Shown here: one piece after another, positions 43,555-53,974 of the stretch
How positions within the stretch are numbered: position 1 is the stretch's first letter
Layout: each line of letters opens with the position of its first letter
IMG/VR virus record: IMGVR_UViG_2627853630_000004
Location: 11,340 to 75,339 of that record
Length of the DNA stretch: 64,000 bases
From: a virus
Lineage: Duplodnaviria > Caudoviricetes
Reading direction: 5' to 3' (one strand)
The notes under the pieces: model-generated
What the model was told of the DNA's origin: nothing
Seen by the model: the letters and a program-made list of their open reading frames with translations, nothing else
The model's database searches: none
Made by a program: the position numbers and the translations under genes

Positions 43555-45267
43555 TTAAAATTCCTCAACAAATCCATCATTACCGCCCGACTCGCTGCCG
43601 ATTGGTTCATTGTGTAACGCGTGCATGGTTGCCCAGGCAATGTCACCGTGGCTGCTGCCCTTTGTTCTGTCTGATGCATACGACGTCATGCCACCTTGAG
43701 TAACAAATTTCCGCACCGTCATGAAAGACCGCGCCAGCTCCATCATCCCCGCGTCGTACTCAAATCGCCCCGCGCGGATCAGCATTTGGGCTTTCAGTAC
43801 CAGTTCGCGTTTAACGCTGGGCGAGTATTGATATTTCACGGCGGCGGGGAAAAATTTAACGACAAGCTGATGCACCGCGCTACCGTTGCCGGTGCTATCA
43901 ATGCCGATAAACTGCACGTTGTATTGGTGGGTCAGTTCCTTGATGACTTCGGCCTGTTTTTCAAATGTCATGCCGCGTAACTGCCGTACCTCAATCACGC
44001 GGAATTTGCCGCCTGGAACGGCGGGAGGAGACACGATAGACAGGCCGGCGCTGTCACCTGTGCCGCTGTCGCCACTCGGATCGTAGCCTATCCAGACAGG
44101 GCGATTACCTAACGGCCGCTGCGTGTACGGTCGCCAGTCCGGCCAGACGTCATCGTTGTAGCCATCCACACCGCAGTTAATCAGCGCGGTATAGTCAAAA
44201 GCACGCTCACCGACGCTGACAAAGCGGCAGGCGTACAGGTTTTCAAAATCGTCAGGGCTGTTTTCAGACTTAATTTCATCCAGATCAACCAGGTCAAAGC
44301 CTTGTTCTAACGTGTCATGAATGGTGACGATCTGCCGCCAGATGTTGTCACCGCACAGTAGCCCCTTTTTCAGTATCTTATGGGTAACGTCAATTTCTAC
44401 CCGTTCCGCTTTAGGGCGGCTTTTGTTAAAGAAATCCCCTGTCCAGAACGTGTAGGCTTCATGTTCTTCACTGGATGGCGTGGAAAAGTACGTGCGGCGC
44501 AACCCTTTTTGCGTCGCCATCCCCGCCGCGACTTTACGCAGGTTAAGAAAGTTGCTAACCCAAAAAAACTCATCAAAGTACAGATTGCCGGTGTAACTCT
44601 GTGCTGTTGCCGCTGACGTACCGAGAAAGTACAGCGTTGCGCCATTCGACAGCACAATCGCGTCACCGCCTTTCAGCTCCACACCAATGCTGGACGCCAG
44701 CAGTTGAATAAACCGCTTGAACTGGTACGCCTGCGCCCGACTGGCCGACAGAAAGATTTGGTTAGTGCCGGTTTCCAGTGCATCTAACAGCGCCTCACGC
44801 GCAAAATACCAGCTAGCGCCTATCTGGCGGCTTTTCAGTATCGCGCGGTTACGCTGCTTGCGTTTTTTGTACCAGCGTTTTTGGTGCTCGTAGAGTGATT
44901 CCAGTACCAGGGCGCGCAACTCTGCGATCTGTTCGTCCGTAAAATGGTTCTTCGGCGCTTTCTTCCGTGCCTCCTTTTCCTGATCCTTTCGTTCATCGCG
45001 TGAAAAACGCGCCATCTGACGCCCTAACAGGTCGATGGTTTTAAAGTCATGCGGTGTGAGGTCGTCTTTCTCTATCAGCCGCAAATAGCGTACTTCCGTG
45101 CGCTCCTGCGCCCGCTGGATCGGCGTGCTGTCATCCCACTTATCTCGACGTCGCCATGAATAGAGCGTGTTGTTGCTCACCCCCAGTCGCTGAGCGATTT
45201 GAGGGATGCTATAAGCCTGCCAGTAAAGGCTTTTGGCTTCTGTACGGATATCGGGAAGTAGATTCAT
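43555..45267 (-). CDS. P: Terminase ATPase subunit gpP
   Basis: LKSRQIGASWYFA, YFDEFFW, GYDP, HGDIAWA. Confidence 0.95.
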   Translation of the reverse strand: MNLLPDIRTEAKSLYWQAYSIPQIAQRLGVSNNTLYSWRRRDKWDDSTPIQRAQERTEVRYLRLIEKDDLTPHDFKTIDLLGRQMARFSRDERKDQEKEARKKAPKNHFTDEQIAELRALVLESLYEHQKRWYKKRKQRNRAILKSRQIGASWYFAREALLDALETGTNQIFLSASRAQAYQFKRFIQLLASSIGVELKGGDAIVLSNGATLYFLGTSAATAQSYTGNLYFDEFFWVSNFLNLRKVAAGMATQKGLRRTYFSTPSSEEHEAYTFWTGDFFNKSRPKAERVEIDVTHKILKKGLLCGDNIWRQIVTIHDTLEQGFDLVDLDEIKSENSPDDFENLYACRFVSVGERAFDYTALINCGVDGYNDDVWPDWRPYTQRPLGNRPVWIGYDPSGDSGTGDSAGLSIVSPPAVPGGKFRVIEVRQLRGMTFEKQAEVIKELTHQYNVQFIGIDSTGNGSAVHQLVVKFFPAAVKYQYSPSVKRELVLKAQMLIRAGRFEYDAGMMELARSFMTVRKFVTQGGMTSYASDRTKGSSHGDIAWATMHALHNEPIGSESGGNDGFVEEF

Positions 45268-45313
45268 GCATACAGGCTATCGCGCCCGCGCGCGGCAAAA
45301 TATCGGCTCACGT

Positions 45314-45331
45314 TGTCGTGGTTACGTCACA
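45314..45331. promoter_or_regulatory. Ogr-binding site for the divergent pP/pO promoters
   Basis: TGT-CGTGGTTACGTC-ACA (TGT-N12-ACA). Confidence 0.75.
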
Positions 45332-45413
45332 AACGGCACCGATAGCGCCTGCGGTAAAGCGTGGCGATGATAGGGGTATCAGACAGACACCCTGTTATCA
45401 CCGGAGCATTACC

Positions 45414-46259
45414 ATGCCGATTTCAAAACCGTTTCTGGCCGCTGTTGAGGGCGCTACCTGCGACGGCCGCACCCTTGAACGTGTGCATATTTCGCAAATG
45501 GCGAAAAACTTCAACAAACAGGTGCGCGGTGCACGCGTGAACCTTGAGCACATTCGCGGTTACTCACCAACCAGCGATTTTCGCGCGTATGGCGACGTGG
45601 AAGAAGTGAGCGAGTTTGAGATCCAGGACGGCCCGCTTAAAGGCAAGTTGGCACTACAAATCAAAATTGATGCGACAGATGATCTGGTGGCATTGAACAC
45701 AAAGCGCCAGAAGATTTACCCCAGCATTGAAATTCATCCCTCTTTCGCTGACACCGGTGAAGCCTATTTGATGGGGCTGGGAATGACGGACGATCCCGCC
45801 AGTCTGGGCGTCGGCATTCTTGAGTTTAACGCCAAGTGCGGCGGCAAAGGCCCGTTGGACGGGAGAAAAACCAGCCCTGAATGTTTCTTCACGGCCGCTG
45901 ATACCCCCATCACGCTGGAATTTGAAGACAATGCGCCGACTGGCGACGCTGGGAGAAACTTCTTTTCCCGCATCACGGAACTGTTAACCGGCAGTCAGCA
46001 ACGGTTCAATAAAGAAAACGGTGAGCTGAAACAGGCCGTTGAACTGATCGCGCAAAGCCAGCGTGAGTTGTTGGACAAAACCGAAGCATTCAGTGCCTTG
46101 CAGACGCAAAACACAGAACTGAAAGGTAGCGTGGCAACGCTGACGCAATCATTAACCGAGCTGAAAACACAGCTTGCCGGACAGGATGGCAACTTTAGCC
46201 AGCGCCCACCGGCCAGCGGCGGCAATCAGCAATCCAACGTCGTGTTAGCAGACTGCTAA
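45414..46259 (+). CDS. O: Capsid scaffolding protein gpO
   Basis: EGATCDGR, VNLEH, TDDPASLG; GGAG SD before ATG 45414. Confidence 0.9.
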   Translation: MPISKPFLAAVEGATCDGRTLERVHISQMAKNFNKQVRGARVNLEHIRGYSPTSDFRAYGDVEEVSEFEIQDGPLKGKLALQIKIDATDDLVALNTKRQKIYPSIEIHPSFADTGEAYLMGLGMTDDPASLGVGILEFNAKCGGKGPLDGRKTSPECFFTAADTPITLEFEDNAPTGDAGRNFFSRITELLTGSQQRFNKENGELKQAVELIAQSQRELLDKTEAFSALQTQNTELKGSVATLTQSLTELKTQLAGQDGNFSQRPPASGGNQQSNVVLADC

Positions 46260-46293
46260 TCACCCTTTAAACCGAATATTGCAGGAACCTAAC

Positions 46294-47325
46294 ATGAAGA
46301 ACGAAACCCGCGTGTTGTTCGACGCCTATATTAACCGCCAAGCCGAGCTTAACGGCGTACAACCTGATCACGTTACCAAGCAGTTCAGTGTTGCGCCGTC
46401 AATCCAGCAAAAGCTGGAAGATAAAGTTCAGCAATCCAGCGAGCTGTTGCAAAAAATCAACATCACTGGTGTATCCGATCAAGAGGGACAAAAGCTGGGG
46501 TTAGGTATCAGCGGCCCTATTTCAAGCTCGAACACATCAACCACGGAGCGACGTGAACCGAAATCTGTTCACACGCTGGATGATGATAAATTCCGCTGCG
46601 AGCAAACCAATACGGATACCTTTATCAGCTATCCACAATTGGATATGTGGGCCAAGTTCCCTGACTTTCAGCAGCGCATTAGTAATCAGATCATCAAACG
46701 AAAAGCGCTTGATCGCATCATGATTGGCTTTAACGGTACGTCGCGTGCCGCTAAATCTGATCTGGCAACCAACCCGCTATTGCAGGATGTGAATATTGGC
46801 TGGCTGGAGAAATATCGCCTTCATGCCGCACAGCGCGTGATGAAAAACATCACGGTCACCAGCCGTGATGATGAAAATAAAGTCATCGCTAAGGGGGATT
46901 ACGGCAACCTCGACGCCGTGATCTATGACGCCGTTAACTCACTGCTGGATGAGTGGTTTAAGTCATCACAAGATTTAGTGGTTATCTGTGGCCGTCAGAT
47001 CATGGTCAGCAAAGAATACCCGCTGATTAACGCCATCAATACCAACAATCCTAATTCTGAAGCGTTGGCCGGTCAGTTGCTGGTATCGCGTAAAGCGATC
47101 GGCAATCTGCCCACCTTCATTGCGCCATCCTTCCCTGATGGCAGCATGTTCGTGACCCCGTTTAGCAATCTGTCGATCTACTGGCAGGAAGATAAGCAGC
47201 GCCGTGCCGTGCGTGATGAACCTGAGCGCAATCGTATTGCGACCTATGAGTCATCCAATGACGCCTATGTCATTGAAGACTATGGCACAGGGTGCCTGAT
47301 TGAAGGTATTACGTTTGCTGCGTAA
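46294..47325 (+). CDS. N: Major capsid protein gpN
   Basis: LDRIMIGFNG, NPLLQDVNIGWL, NLSIYWQ. Confidence 0.95.
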   Translation: MKNETRVLFDAYINRQAELNGVQPDHVTKQFSVAPSIQQKLEDKVQQSSELLQKINITGVSDQEGQKLGLGISGPISSSNTSTTERREPKSVHTLDDDKFRCEQTNTDTFISYPQLDMWAKFPDFQQRISNQIIKRKALDRIMIGFNGTSRAAKSDLATNPLLQDVNIGWLEKYRLHAAQRVMKNITVTSRDDENKVIAKGDYGNLDAVIYDAVNSLLDEWFKSSQDLVVICGRQIMVSKEYPLINAINTNNPNSEALAGQLLVSRKAIGNLPTFIAPSFPDGSMFVTPFSNLSIYWQEDKQRRAVRDEPERNRIATYESSNDAYVIEDYGTGCLIEGITFAA

Positions 47326-47394
47326 GAACCGGCGCAAAGCTAATTTCAACGGCAAGCAGGCCGGATAAAATTCGGCCTGTATCAAGGGGGCATC

Positions 47395-48216
47395 ATGCTG
47401 ACACCTGCGCAGCGACATTTTCAAACGGTCATGGCTCAACGCCACGGCAAATCAAACGGCGGTGATGTTGAGCGCACCGCCTATGAACAGCAACTGCATC
47501 GACTGCGGATGGATAAATCCCGTTTAAGCCAGGTGCAATCTGCCTCGACAAAGGCCGAACTGAAGCGGGAACTGCTGCCCGATTATCAGGGCTGGGTTAA
47601 TGGCGTCTTGGCGGCAGATAGCGGCCAGGCTGATGAGGTGCTGACCACTATCATGATCTGGTCGATTGATGCGGGATTGACTAGCGATGCGTTGCGTATT
47701 GCTGATTATGTCCTGCGCCATCGTCTGCCGATGCCAGACCAGTACAAGCGTACTGTTGCCACCACGCTGGTTGATGAGATTTGCGATCCGGCACTGGCAG
47801 CTTTCAAGGCGGATACCAGCCGTGCGCCGTTGCCCGCTGCGCTGCTATTGCAACTGGAACAGCTTACTGCTGGCGAAGACATGCCGGATCAGGTACGCGC
47901 CAAACTTTACAAAACGCTGGGCTACACCCTGCGTCTGGATAATAACGAACTGAGCGCCGCGCGCGACTGGTTGCAACGGGCGGTCACCTTGTTTGATGGG
48001 ATCGGTGTTAAACGCGATATCGAACTACTGGGACGTGCACTCAAGAAATCAACTGAGTCAGAGGCAGGGGCAGAAAATGCGGACGCCCCACCTACGCCAC
48101 CTGCGGATAAACCAGCCGACAAACCCGCAGCCAAAGCAACGAGAGCGCAGCGTAAATCGACGGCGGCGAAAGCATCACGAACTACGACACCACGCGCCCG
48201 AAAAAGCGCGCAGTAA
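47395..48216 (+). CDS. M: Terminase endonuclease subunit gpM
   Basis: MLTPAQRH, DMPDQVRAKL, GVKRDIE. Confidence 0.9.
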   Translation: MLTPAQRHFQTVMAQRHGKSNGGDVERTAYEQQLHRLRMDKSRLSQVQSASTKAELKRELLPDYQGWVNGVLAADSGQADEVLTTIMIWSIDAGLTSDALRIADYVLRHRLPMPDQYKRTVATTLVDEICDPALAAFKADTSRAPLPAALLLQLEQLTAGEDMPDQVRAKLYKTLGYTLRLDNNELSAARDWLQRAVTLFDGIGVKRDIELLGRALKKSTESEAGAENADAPPTPPADKPADKPAAKATRAQRKSTAAKASRTTTPRARKSAQ

Positions 48217-48312
48217 CCGAACGTGCCCCCGCGCACCAGGCGGCACGGCGTAATGCGAGCAATTTATTGTGTCGTGTTACGCCGTCCACCGCCTGTCTTT
48301 TGAGGTAACGCT

Positions 48313-48819
48313 ATGAGCCTGATTGCAACAGAGCCGGTAAGGCCGGTCACGCAGGACACCATCAACGATGGTGATGCGAAAGTGACGAGCCATGCATTTT
48401 GGCCTGTGATTGTTCTGTCTGCCCTGCGTCGCGCGATGCGTCTTGATGGTCAGGTGACAACGGATCGCCTGATGGATAAAGCCATAGAGGCAGTCGCACA
48501 CGTTAACGGCCAGCTTGCAGACTGGCGAGGCGGTCAGGAGCAGCGCGGCGTTGTCCTCCTGTCTGATGTTAAGACAGAAGGCGCTGACGAAATCGAACAG
48601 ATCAATGGCGAATCCGTTTTGGTCTGGCGCTACCGTCGTGCGGTGTACTCCATCACCAAAGCGCTGTTGATCGAGGGTTATCGCGATATCGACACCACGC
48701 GCGAGGGGGAAAAGCACGCTGAGGCGTTGAGTTCACAGATTGACACGCTGTGGCGCGACGGACGCTGGGCTATCCGCGACATTCTCGGTGTTAATCGTGG
48801 CCTGGCTGAGTTGGTCTGA
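48313..48819 (+). CDS. L: Head completion protein gpL
   Basis: FWP, YRRAVY, YRDIDTT, RWAIRDILG. Confidence 0.9.
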   Translation: MSLIATEPVRPVTQDTINDGDAKVTSHAFWPVIVLSALRRAMRLDGQVTTDRLMDKAIEAVAHVNGQLADWRGGQEQRGVVLLSDVKTEGADEIEQINGESVLVWRYRRAVYSITKALLIEGYRDIDTTREGEKHAEALSSQIDTLWRDGRWAIRDILGVNRGLAELV

Positions 48820-49022
48820 TGGAAGTTCGTGCGCAGCAAAATGACACCGTCGACCTGCTGTGCTGGCGCTATTACGGCAGAACAGACGGCGTAACAGAAG
48901 GGGTTTACGCGGCCAATCCGGGATTGTGTGAGCGTGGGCCATTGTTACCGGCTGGCCTGCTGGTCACGCTGCCTGATGTCGCTGCGGCAACACAACAGGA
49001 AATCATACAGCTATGGGACTAA
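48819..49022 (+). CDS. X: Tail protein gpX
   Basis: QNDTVDLLCWRYYG, ANPGL, IQLWD. Confidence 0.9.
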   Translation: MEVRAQQNDTVDLLCWRYYGRTDGVTEGVYAANPGLCERGPLLPAGLLVTLPDVAAATQQEIIQLWD

Positions 49023-49315
49023 CGACAGATCGCGTGGCATCGGCAATCACCTACCTGCTTGCCACGCTGATCGCCACCGCAGGACGAATGACGCTGAGCG
49101 ACTGGGCAACGCTAATAGGGATTGCTATCGGGTTGCTCACATTTTGGGTGAATCGGAACCACAAAAAAAACATAGAGCGTGACCAGGCGCAGCGCACAGA
49201 CTTAATGCGTGAGTTGGTCAGGAAAGTTGATAATGAAAACCTGCCTGAAACGCTGGACGCTTTGCGCGTGATGAATGGGCAGGACACTGGACGCAGAGGT
49301 CGTGATGTTACCTGA
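49013..49315 (+). CDS. Holin (HP1-like)
   Basis: Hydrophobic segments, LTFWVN motif, upstream of the lysozyme. Confidence 0.7.
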   Translation: MGLTTDRVASAITYLLATLIATAGRMTLSDWATLIGIAIGLLTFWVNRNHKKNIERDQAQRTDLMRELVRKVDNENLPETLDALRVMNGQDTGRRGRDVT

Positions 49316-49781
49316 AGCACTGAAACAGCGAATCATTCCCGTCGTTACCGCGTGTGCGTTGGCAATAGCAACGGTGTTCATTGGTTTTTTTGAGGGCAAA
49401 GAGAACGCCGCTTACCGTGATATCGCCGGAGTCTGGACGATTTGCTACGGCCATACCGGTGATGTAAAAGCCGGTGACTACAAGACAGATGCTGAGTGCG
49501 AAGCATTGTTACAGCAGGATTTAAAACCCGCGTTTAATGCCATCGATCGGTTAGTTACGGTTCCACTCAGTGAGTTACAGCGCGCTGCATTGGCAAGTTT
49601 TATCTACAACGTCGGGACGGGTGCGTTTGAGCGTTCGACGCTGCTTAGAAAGTTGAACCGTGGCGATCTCACTGGCGCATGTAACGAATTACGCCGCTGG
49701 AATAAAGCCGCTGGTCAGGTCTGGCAGGGGTTAACCAATCGCCGCGAGGCCGAGAGGATGCTATGTCTGGAAAAGTTATAG
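49305..49781 (+). CDS. Endolysin (GH24 lysozyme, SAR-like N-terminus)
   Basis: FEG...AYRDIAGVWTICYGHT, GLTNRREAE. Confidence 0.9.
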   Translation: MLPEALKQRIIPVVTACALAIATVFIGFFEGKENAAYRDIAGVWTICYGHTGDVKAGDYKTDAECEALLQQDLKPAFNAIDRLVTVPLSELQRAALASFIYNVGTGAFERSTLLRKLNRGDLTGACNELRRWNKAAGQVWQGLTNRREAERMLCLEKL

Positions 49782-50188
49782 CGACATTAGCCGCCGCGCT
49801 GTTGTTTCTCGCCGCTATCGCACTGGCTGATCACTACCGACAAAAATCACAACGGCTTTCGGGTGAAGTGGCAACGTTAATCAAAGAACGGGACAGTACC
49901 GAGCGCGTTATCAGTAATCAGCAACGTACTTTCCTGATATTCAACACCCTGTCACGCGAGGCTGAGCATGATAAACGCCGGATACAACAAGATGCCGATA
50001 CACGCAGCCAGACGATTAATCAGGCACTGGCCGGTCAGGTCTGTGCTGATGAGTTTGTGCCTGATGGCGCTGCTGTGCCGTTGCTCGACTACGCGAACCG
50101 TTTACGCGCCGATAGCGTGCGTTCCCTTGCCAGCGAACCTCACCACGCCGACGGCAATACCGATGCCGCAGGGCGCGATAGTCAATAA
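49763..50188 (+). CDS. Inner-membrane spanin (LysB-like)
   Basis: N-terminal TM segment and coiled coil, after the endolysin. Confidence 0.7.
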   Translation: MSGKVIATLAAALLFLAAIALADHYRQKSQRLSGEVATLIKERDSTERVISNQQRTFLIFNTLSREAEHDKRRIQQDADTRSQTINQALAGQVCADEFVPDGAAVPLLDYANRLRADSVRSLASEPHHADGNTDAAGRDSQ

Positions 50189-50339
50189 CCGTCTGACCTA
50201 CGGCCAGTCTGTTAACTGGAATAGCCTGCTGCTGGCTGCGCTGGAGAGCGCCAACCACGACAAGGCACTAATTCGCCAGGCCGAACAACAGAGAGAGCAA
50301 CAACATGCTAAAAGCGGAACTGCTGAGAAAAACCATTAG
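50049..50339 (+). CDS. Outer-membrane spanin (LysC-like)
   Basis: Hydrophobic leader plus CSTTRTVY and Pro-rich segment, overlapping the i-spanin; lipobox atypical. Confidence 0.6.
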   Translation: MSLCLMALLCRCSTTRTVYAPIACVPLPANLTTPTAIPMPQGAIVNNRLTYGQSVNWNSLLLAALESANHDKALIRQAEQQREQQHAKSGTAEKNH

Positions 50340-50796
50340 CGAACAGGTGTCGTGGTTGCGGGAAAACCCCGATCAATTGGTCGTCTATGTACAGAAGGGT
50401 AATGCAATCAGTACCGGTGTGCGCTCCGCCTCCTTTGAATATCGCTACACGCTGGAAGTGCTGGCAATGGACTATCCGCATTCTATCGATACGCTGATGG
50501 TGCCGATACTGATGTGGGCCCGAATCTATCAGCCGGATTTATTGCTTAACCCAGAACGGCGTAAAACGGGTATTACGTTTGAGGCAGATTTGCTGAGTAA
50601 CAGCACTGCCGATTTACTGATCCGCATTCAGGTAGATGAGGCGGTGATCGTCACTCGCGATGACGCTGGCGAAATCAACACTCGTCATCGTGCTGACCCG
50701 CCTCCTGACCTGATGGAAGGTATGGACGGATGGTCACTGCTGACAAATGGCGATGTGGCCAACATGGTTGTTCATGACTCGACAGCAGGTCAATGA
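50305..50796 (+). CDS. R: Tail completion protein gpR
   Basis: NPDQL, SFEYRYTL, QPDLL. Confidence 0.85.
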   Translation: MLKAELLRKTISEQVSWLRENPDQLVVYVQKGNAISTGVRSASFEYRYTLEVLAMDYPHSIDTLMVPILMWARIYQPDLLLNPERRKTGITFEADLLSNSTADLLIRIQVDEAVIVTRDDAGEINTRHRADPPPDLMEGMDGWSLLTNGDVANMVVHDSTAGQ

Positions 50797-51434
50797 TGAG
50801 CCAGAACGATGCACTGTTTCAGGAGCTGGATGGGTATCTGCAATCTGTTGTCGAGCACCTGGCCGCTAATCAACGACGTCGCTTATCACGACAGATTGCT
50901 ACGGGGCTGCGTAAGCGCCAGCAGCAACGGATTGCACAGCAACAGAATTCCGATGGTTCGTCGTACGAAGGGCGTAAAAAGCAAACGCGCCGCACGCAGG
51001 GCGGTGTCCGGTTTCTGTGGAAAGGTGAGGCGCGAGAGCTGCGTAACTGGCACAGCAGCAAAGGCCGCAGCGGTGAGCGAATGATTACCGGATTTGATGT
51101 TGGTCGCGGCGGTTTGCGCTCGTTCCTGCGTGCTGACATCGATCGCTATCTCAGTATTAACGTAAGTAGCGTTTCCACCGCACCGGCGCGTAAAGAAAAG
51201 ATGTTCCGCAAGTTGCGTACCGTCCGTTTTTTACGCATCGACACATCACCCAATAGCGCGACGGTTGGTTTCAGTGGTTATGCAGCCAGCATCGCCCATG
51301 TTCACCAGTTCGGCGAGACTGACAAAATAGGACGCTCGTCCGTACGTTATCCTATTCGTGAGTTGCTGGGCTTAACGTCCACCGATCTTGACTGGGTGGC
51401 TGATACCATTACGGACTTCATTCAGCCCGATTAG
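50793..51434 (+). CDS. S: Tail completion protein gpS
   Basis: QQQRIAQQQNSDGSSY, MFRKLR, VHQFG, RELLG. Confidence 0.85.
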   Translation: MMSQNDALFQELDGYLQSVVEHLAANQRRRLSRQIATGLRKRQQQRIAQQQNSDGSSYEGRKKQTRRTQGGVRFLWKGEARELRNWHSSKGRSGERMITGFDVGRGGLRSFLRADIDRYLSINVSSVSTAPARKEKMFRKLRTVRFLRIDTSPNSATVGFSGYAASIAHVHQFGETDKIGRSSVRYPIRELLGLTSTDLDWVADTITDFIQPD

Positions 51435-51435
51435 T

Positions 51436-51453
51436 TGTTGCCGCCCCCCTACA
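51436..51453. promoter_or_regulatory. Ogr-binding site for pV
   Basis: TGT-TGCCGCCCCCCT-ACA. Confidence 0.7.
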
Positions 51454-51524
51454 ATCCCCTTTCGTTGTGCGCCCGCGCGCGACACCTGAAACTGGCGCTA
51501 TGAATTGATTACCGAGCGCCAGCC

Positions 51525-52109
51525 ATGATATCCAATGAGTTTGACCGTCTTCTGAATAACCTGATCCGTATCGGTACGGTTGTCGACGTCGATCACACCC
51601 GTTATTTGGCGCGAGTGGTAACCGGCGGCAATACCACGGGATGGATACGTTGGTGTGTGGCGCGTGCGGGTGATGCCAAAACATGGTGGCCGCTGTCAGT
51701 GGGCGAGCAGGTTCTTATGGTCTCACCAGGCGGCGATCTGGAAACGGCGGTGATCGTATTAAGCCTGTACTCCAATCAGCACAGTGCGCCCAGCGCCAGC
51801 CCAAAGGTACACACTACCGTTTATTCCGATGGAGCCAGCGAAACGTATGATGAAAACACCTCAACGATGACCGTTAAAGGCGTCAAAAAGGTGATCGTTG
51901 AAGCGGCTGAATCAATCACACTGGACACCCCAAAAGTGATTTGTACCCAGCATCTCAGCACGCAAACATTCAGTGTAGAAAAAGGCGGCACGATGCAGGG
52001 CGATATCACCCACACCGGCGGCCAAATGTCATCAAACGGCGTAGTCGTAGACGATCACGATCATGGCGGCGTACAGCGCGGCGGTAGCAGAACGGACGGC
52101 CCGCAATGA
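51525..52109 (+). CDS. V: Baseplate spike gpV
   Basis: NLIRIGTV, SVGEQV, HDHGGV iron-binding tip. Confidence 0.9.
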   Translation: MISNEFDRLLNNLIRIGTVVDVDHTRYLARVVTGGNTTGWIRWCVARAGDAKTWWPLSVGEQVLMVSPGGDLETAVIVLSLYSNQHSAPSASPKVHTTVYSDGASETYDENTSTMTVKGVKKVIVEAAESITLDTPKVICTQHLSTQTFSVEKGGTMQGDITHTGGQMSSNGVVVDDHDHGGVQRGGSRTDGPQ

Positions 52110-52465
52110 GCAATGAAAAATATATCGGCATGAATGCCAGTACTGGTCGCGCGATTACTGATGATGAGCATATCAGCCAGTCAGTACGCGATATTTTAAT
52201 CACCCCTGTCGGCAGTCGGGTGATGCGCCGCAGCTACGGATCACAGCTTTTTTCTCTGATTGACGAGCCTTACGAGCCCGCAATAAAGCTAAAGATAATG
52301 TCAGCCATCTACAGCGCATTAATGCGTTGGGAGCCGCGTATTACCCCAACAAAAATTACGCTGGAAACCCGTGGTGCCGGACTTGCTGCCGTTATGCTTC
52401 AGGCGCAGCGCACGGATAATCTTGCGGTGTTTAGCTCTACGATTTCACTACAGGGGGCACGATGA
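52106..52465 (+). CDS. W: Baseplate protein gpW
   Basis: HISQSVRDILITPVGSRVMRRSYGS, WEPR. Confidence 0.9.
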   Translation: MSNEKYIGMNASTGRAITDDEHISQSVRDILITPVGSRVMRRSYGSQLFSLIDEPYEPAIKLKIMSAIYSALMRWEPRITPTKITLETRGAGLAAVMLQAQRTDNLAVFSSTISLQGAR

Positions 52466-53373
52466 GCGGATTGATTGATTTATCTCTGCTGCCTGCACCT
52501 GATGTCGTTGAAACACTGGACTACGAAACGTTGTATGCGGAACGCCGTGCGATGCTTATCGCTTTGTTTCCGGTCGAACAGCGTGATGCCATATCGCGCA
52601 CGCTGATGCTGGAATCCGAGCCGTTAACCAAGTTGCTGCAACTGTCTGTCTATCATGAGTTGTTATTGCGTCAGCGGGTTAACGAAGCGGCCAGCGCTAA
52701 CATGCTGGCCTACGCCGCCGGAAGTGACCTTGATCAGCTCGCTGCCAACGTTAACGTGCAGCGACTGGTTATCACCGCAGAAGATACAGAAGCGATCCCA
52801 CCCGTTGAAGCGGTCATGGAGTCTGATGCTGATCTGCGTACGCGCGCGCAACAGGCATTTGAGGGGCTGAGTGTTGCGGGGCCAACCGCGGCATATGAAT
52901 TTCACGCGCGTAGTGCAGATGGGCGAGTCGCTGACGCCAGCGCAGTTAGCCCCAGCCCTGCCGCCGTCACGGTAACCGTGCTGTCACGTGAAGGAAATGG
53001 CAGTGCCAGTGATGAATTATTGCAAGCCGTTAATGCTGCACTGAACGCAGAGAATGTGCGGCCGGTTGCAGACCGTGTAACCGTTCAATCCGCCGCCATC
53101 ATTGCTTATGAAATTGCCGCAACGTTGTACGTCTATCCAGGGCCTGAAGCTGAGCCTATCCGAATTGCGGCAGAAACCCGATTGCAGGCGTATATCACTG
53201 CGCAGCATCGGTTAGGCCGTGATATTCGCCGCTCTGCCATCTTTGCCGCACTCCATGTTGAGGGCGTGCAGCGCGTTGATTTGGAAAGCCCTGTAGAAGA
53301 TATCGTGCTGGATAAAAGCCAGGCGTCTTACTGCGATAGCTGGGTGCTGAGTGTCGGGGGGTCAGATGAATAA
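52462..53373 (+). CDS. J: Baseplate protein gpJ
   Basis: IDLSLLPAPDVVE, SVAGP..AYEFHA, VRPVADRV. Confidence 0.95.
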   Translation: MSGLIDLSLLPAPDVVETLDYETLYAERRAMLIALFPVEQRDAISRTLMLESEPLTKLLQLSVYHELLLRQRVNEAASANMLAYAAGSDLDQLAANVNVQRLVITAEDTEAIPPVEAVMESDADLRTRAQQAFEGLSVAGPTAAYEFHARSADGRVADASAVSPSPAAVTVTVLSREGNGSASDELLQAVNAALNAENVRPVADRVTVQSAAIIAYEIAATLYVYPGPEAEPIRIAAETRLQAYITAQHRLGRDIRRSAIFAALHVEGVQRVDLESPVEDIVLDKSQASYCDSWVLSVGGSDE

Positions 53374-53974
53374 CAGCCTGTTACCCGTCGGTTCGTCTGA
53401 TCTGGAAATTGCCGCCGCAAAAGCCTGCGCAGAATTATCACGCACGCCGATCCCGTTACGCCAGTTATGTGACCCAGACAGTTGCCCGTCAAGCCTGCTG
53501 CCTTATCTCGCATGGGCATTCTCTGTTGATCGTTGGGATGAAAAATGGCCTGAAATCATCAAGAGGCAGGCGATAAAAGATGCCTGGTTCATTCATCGCC
53601 ACAAGGGCACCGTCGGCGCATTGCGTCGCGTTGTTGAACCACTTGGGTACCTGATTCGAATTACCGAATGGTGGCAGAACGGCGGAGAGCCAGGCACGTT
53701 TCGTCTGGATATCGGCGTACAAGATAGCGGTATTACCGAAGAAACATTTTTCGAAATGGAGCGGCTGATTGCCGACGCTAAACCCGCATCACGTCACCTG
53801 CTGGGGCTAAATATCAACCTCGACACACAGGGCGCGGCCTATGTTGCCGCCCTGTCTTATGTCGGTGACGAGCTGACCGTTTACCCTTATTTTCCTGAAA
53901 CGATTACTGTGTCCGGTCTGGATGTGACAGGCGCAGCAATCCATTTAATCGACAACGTGAGCGTAACCGCATGA
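53366..53974 (+). CDS. I: Baseplate protein gpI
   Basis: LLPYLAWAFSVDRWD, HKGT, AKPASRH. Confidence 0.9.
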   Translation: MNNSLLPVGSSDLEIAAAKACAELSRTPIPLRQLCDPDSCPSSLLPYLAWAFSVDRWDEKWPEIIKRQAIKDAWFIHRHKGTVGALRRVVEPLGYLIRITEWWQNGGEPGTFRLDIGVQDSGITEETFFEMERLIADAKPASRHLLGLNINLDTQGAAYVAALSYVGDELTVYPYFPETITVSGLDVTGAAIHLIDNVSVTA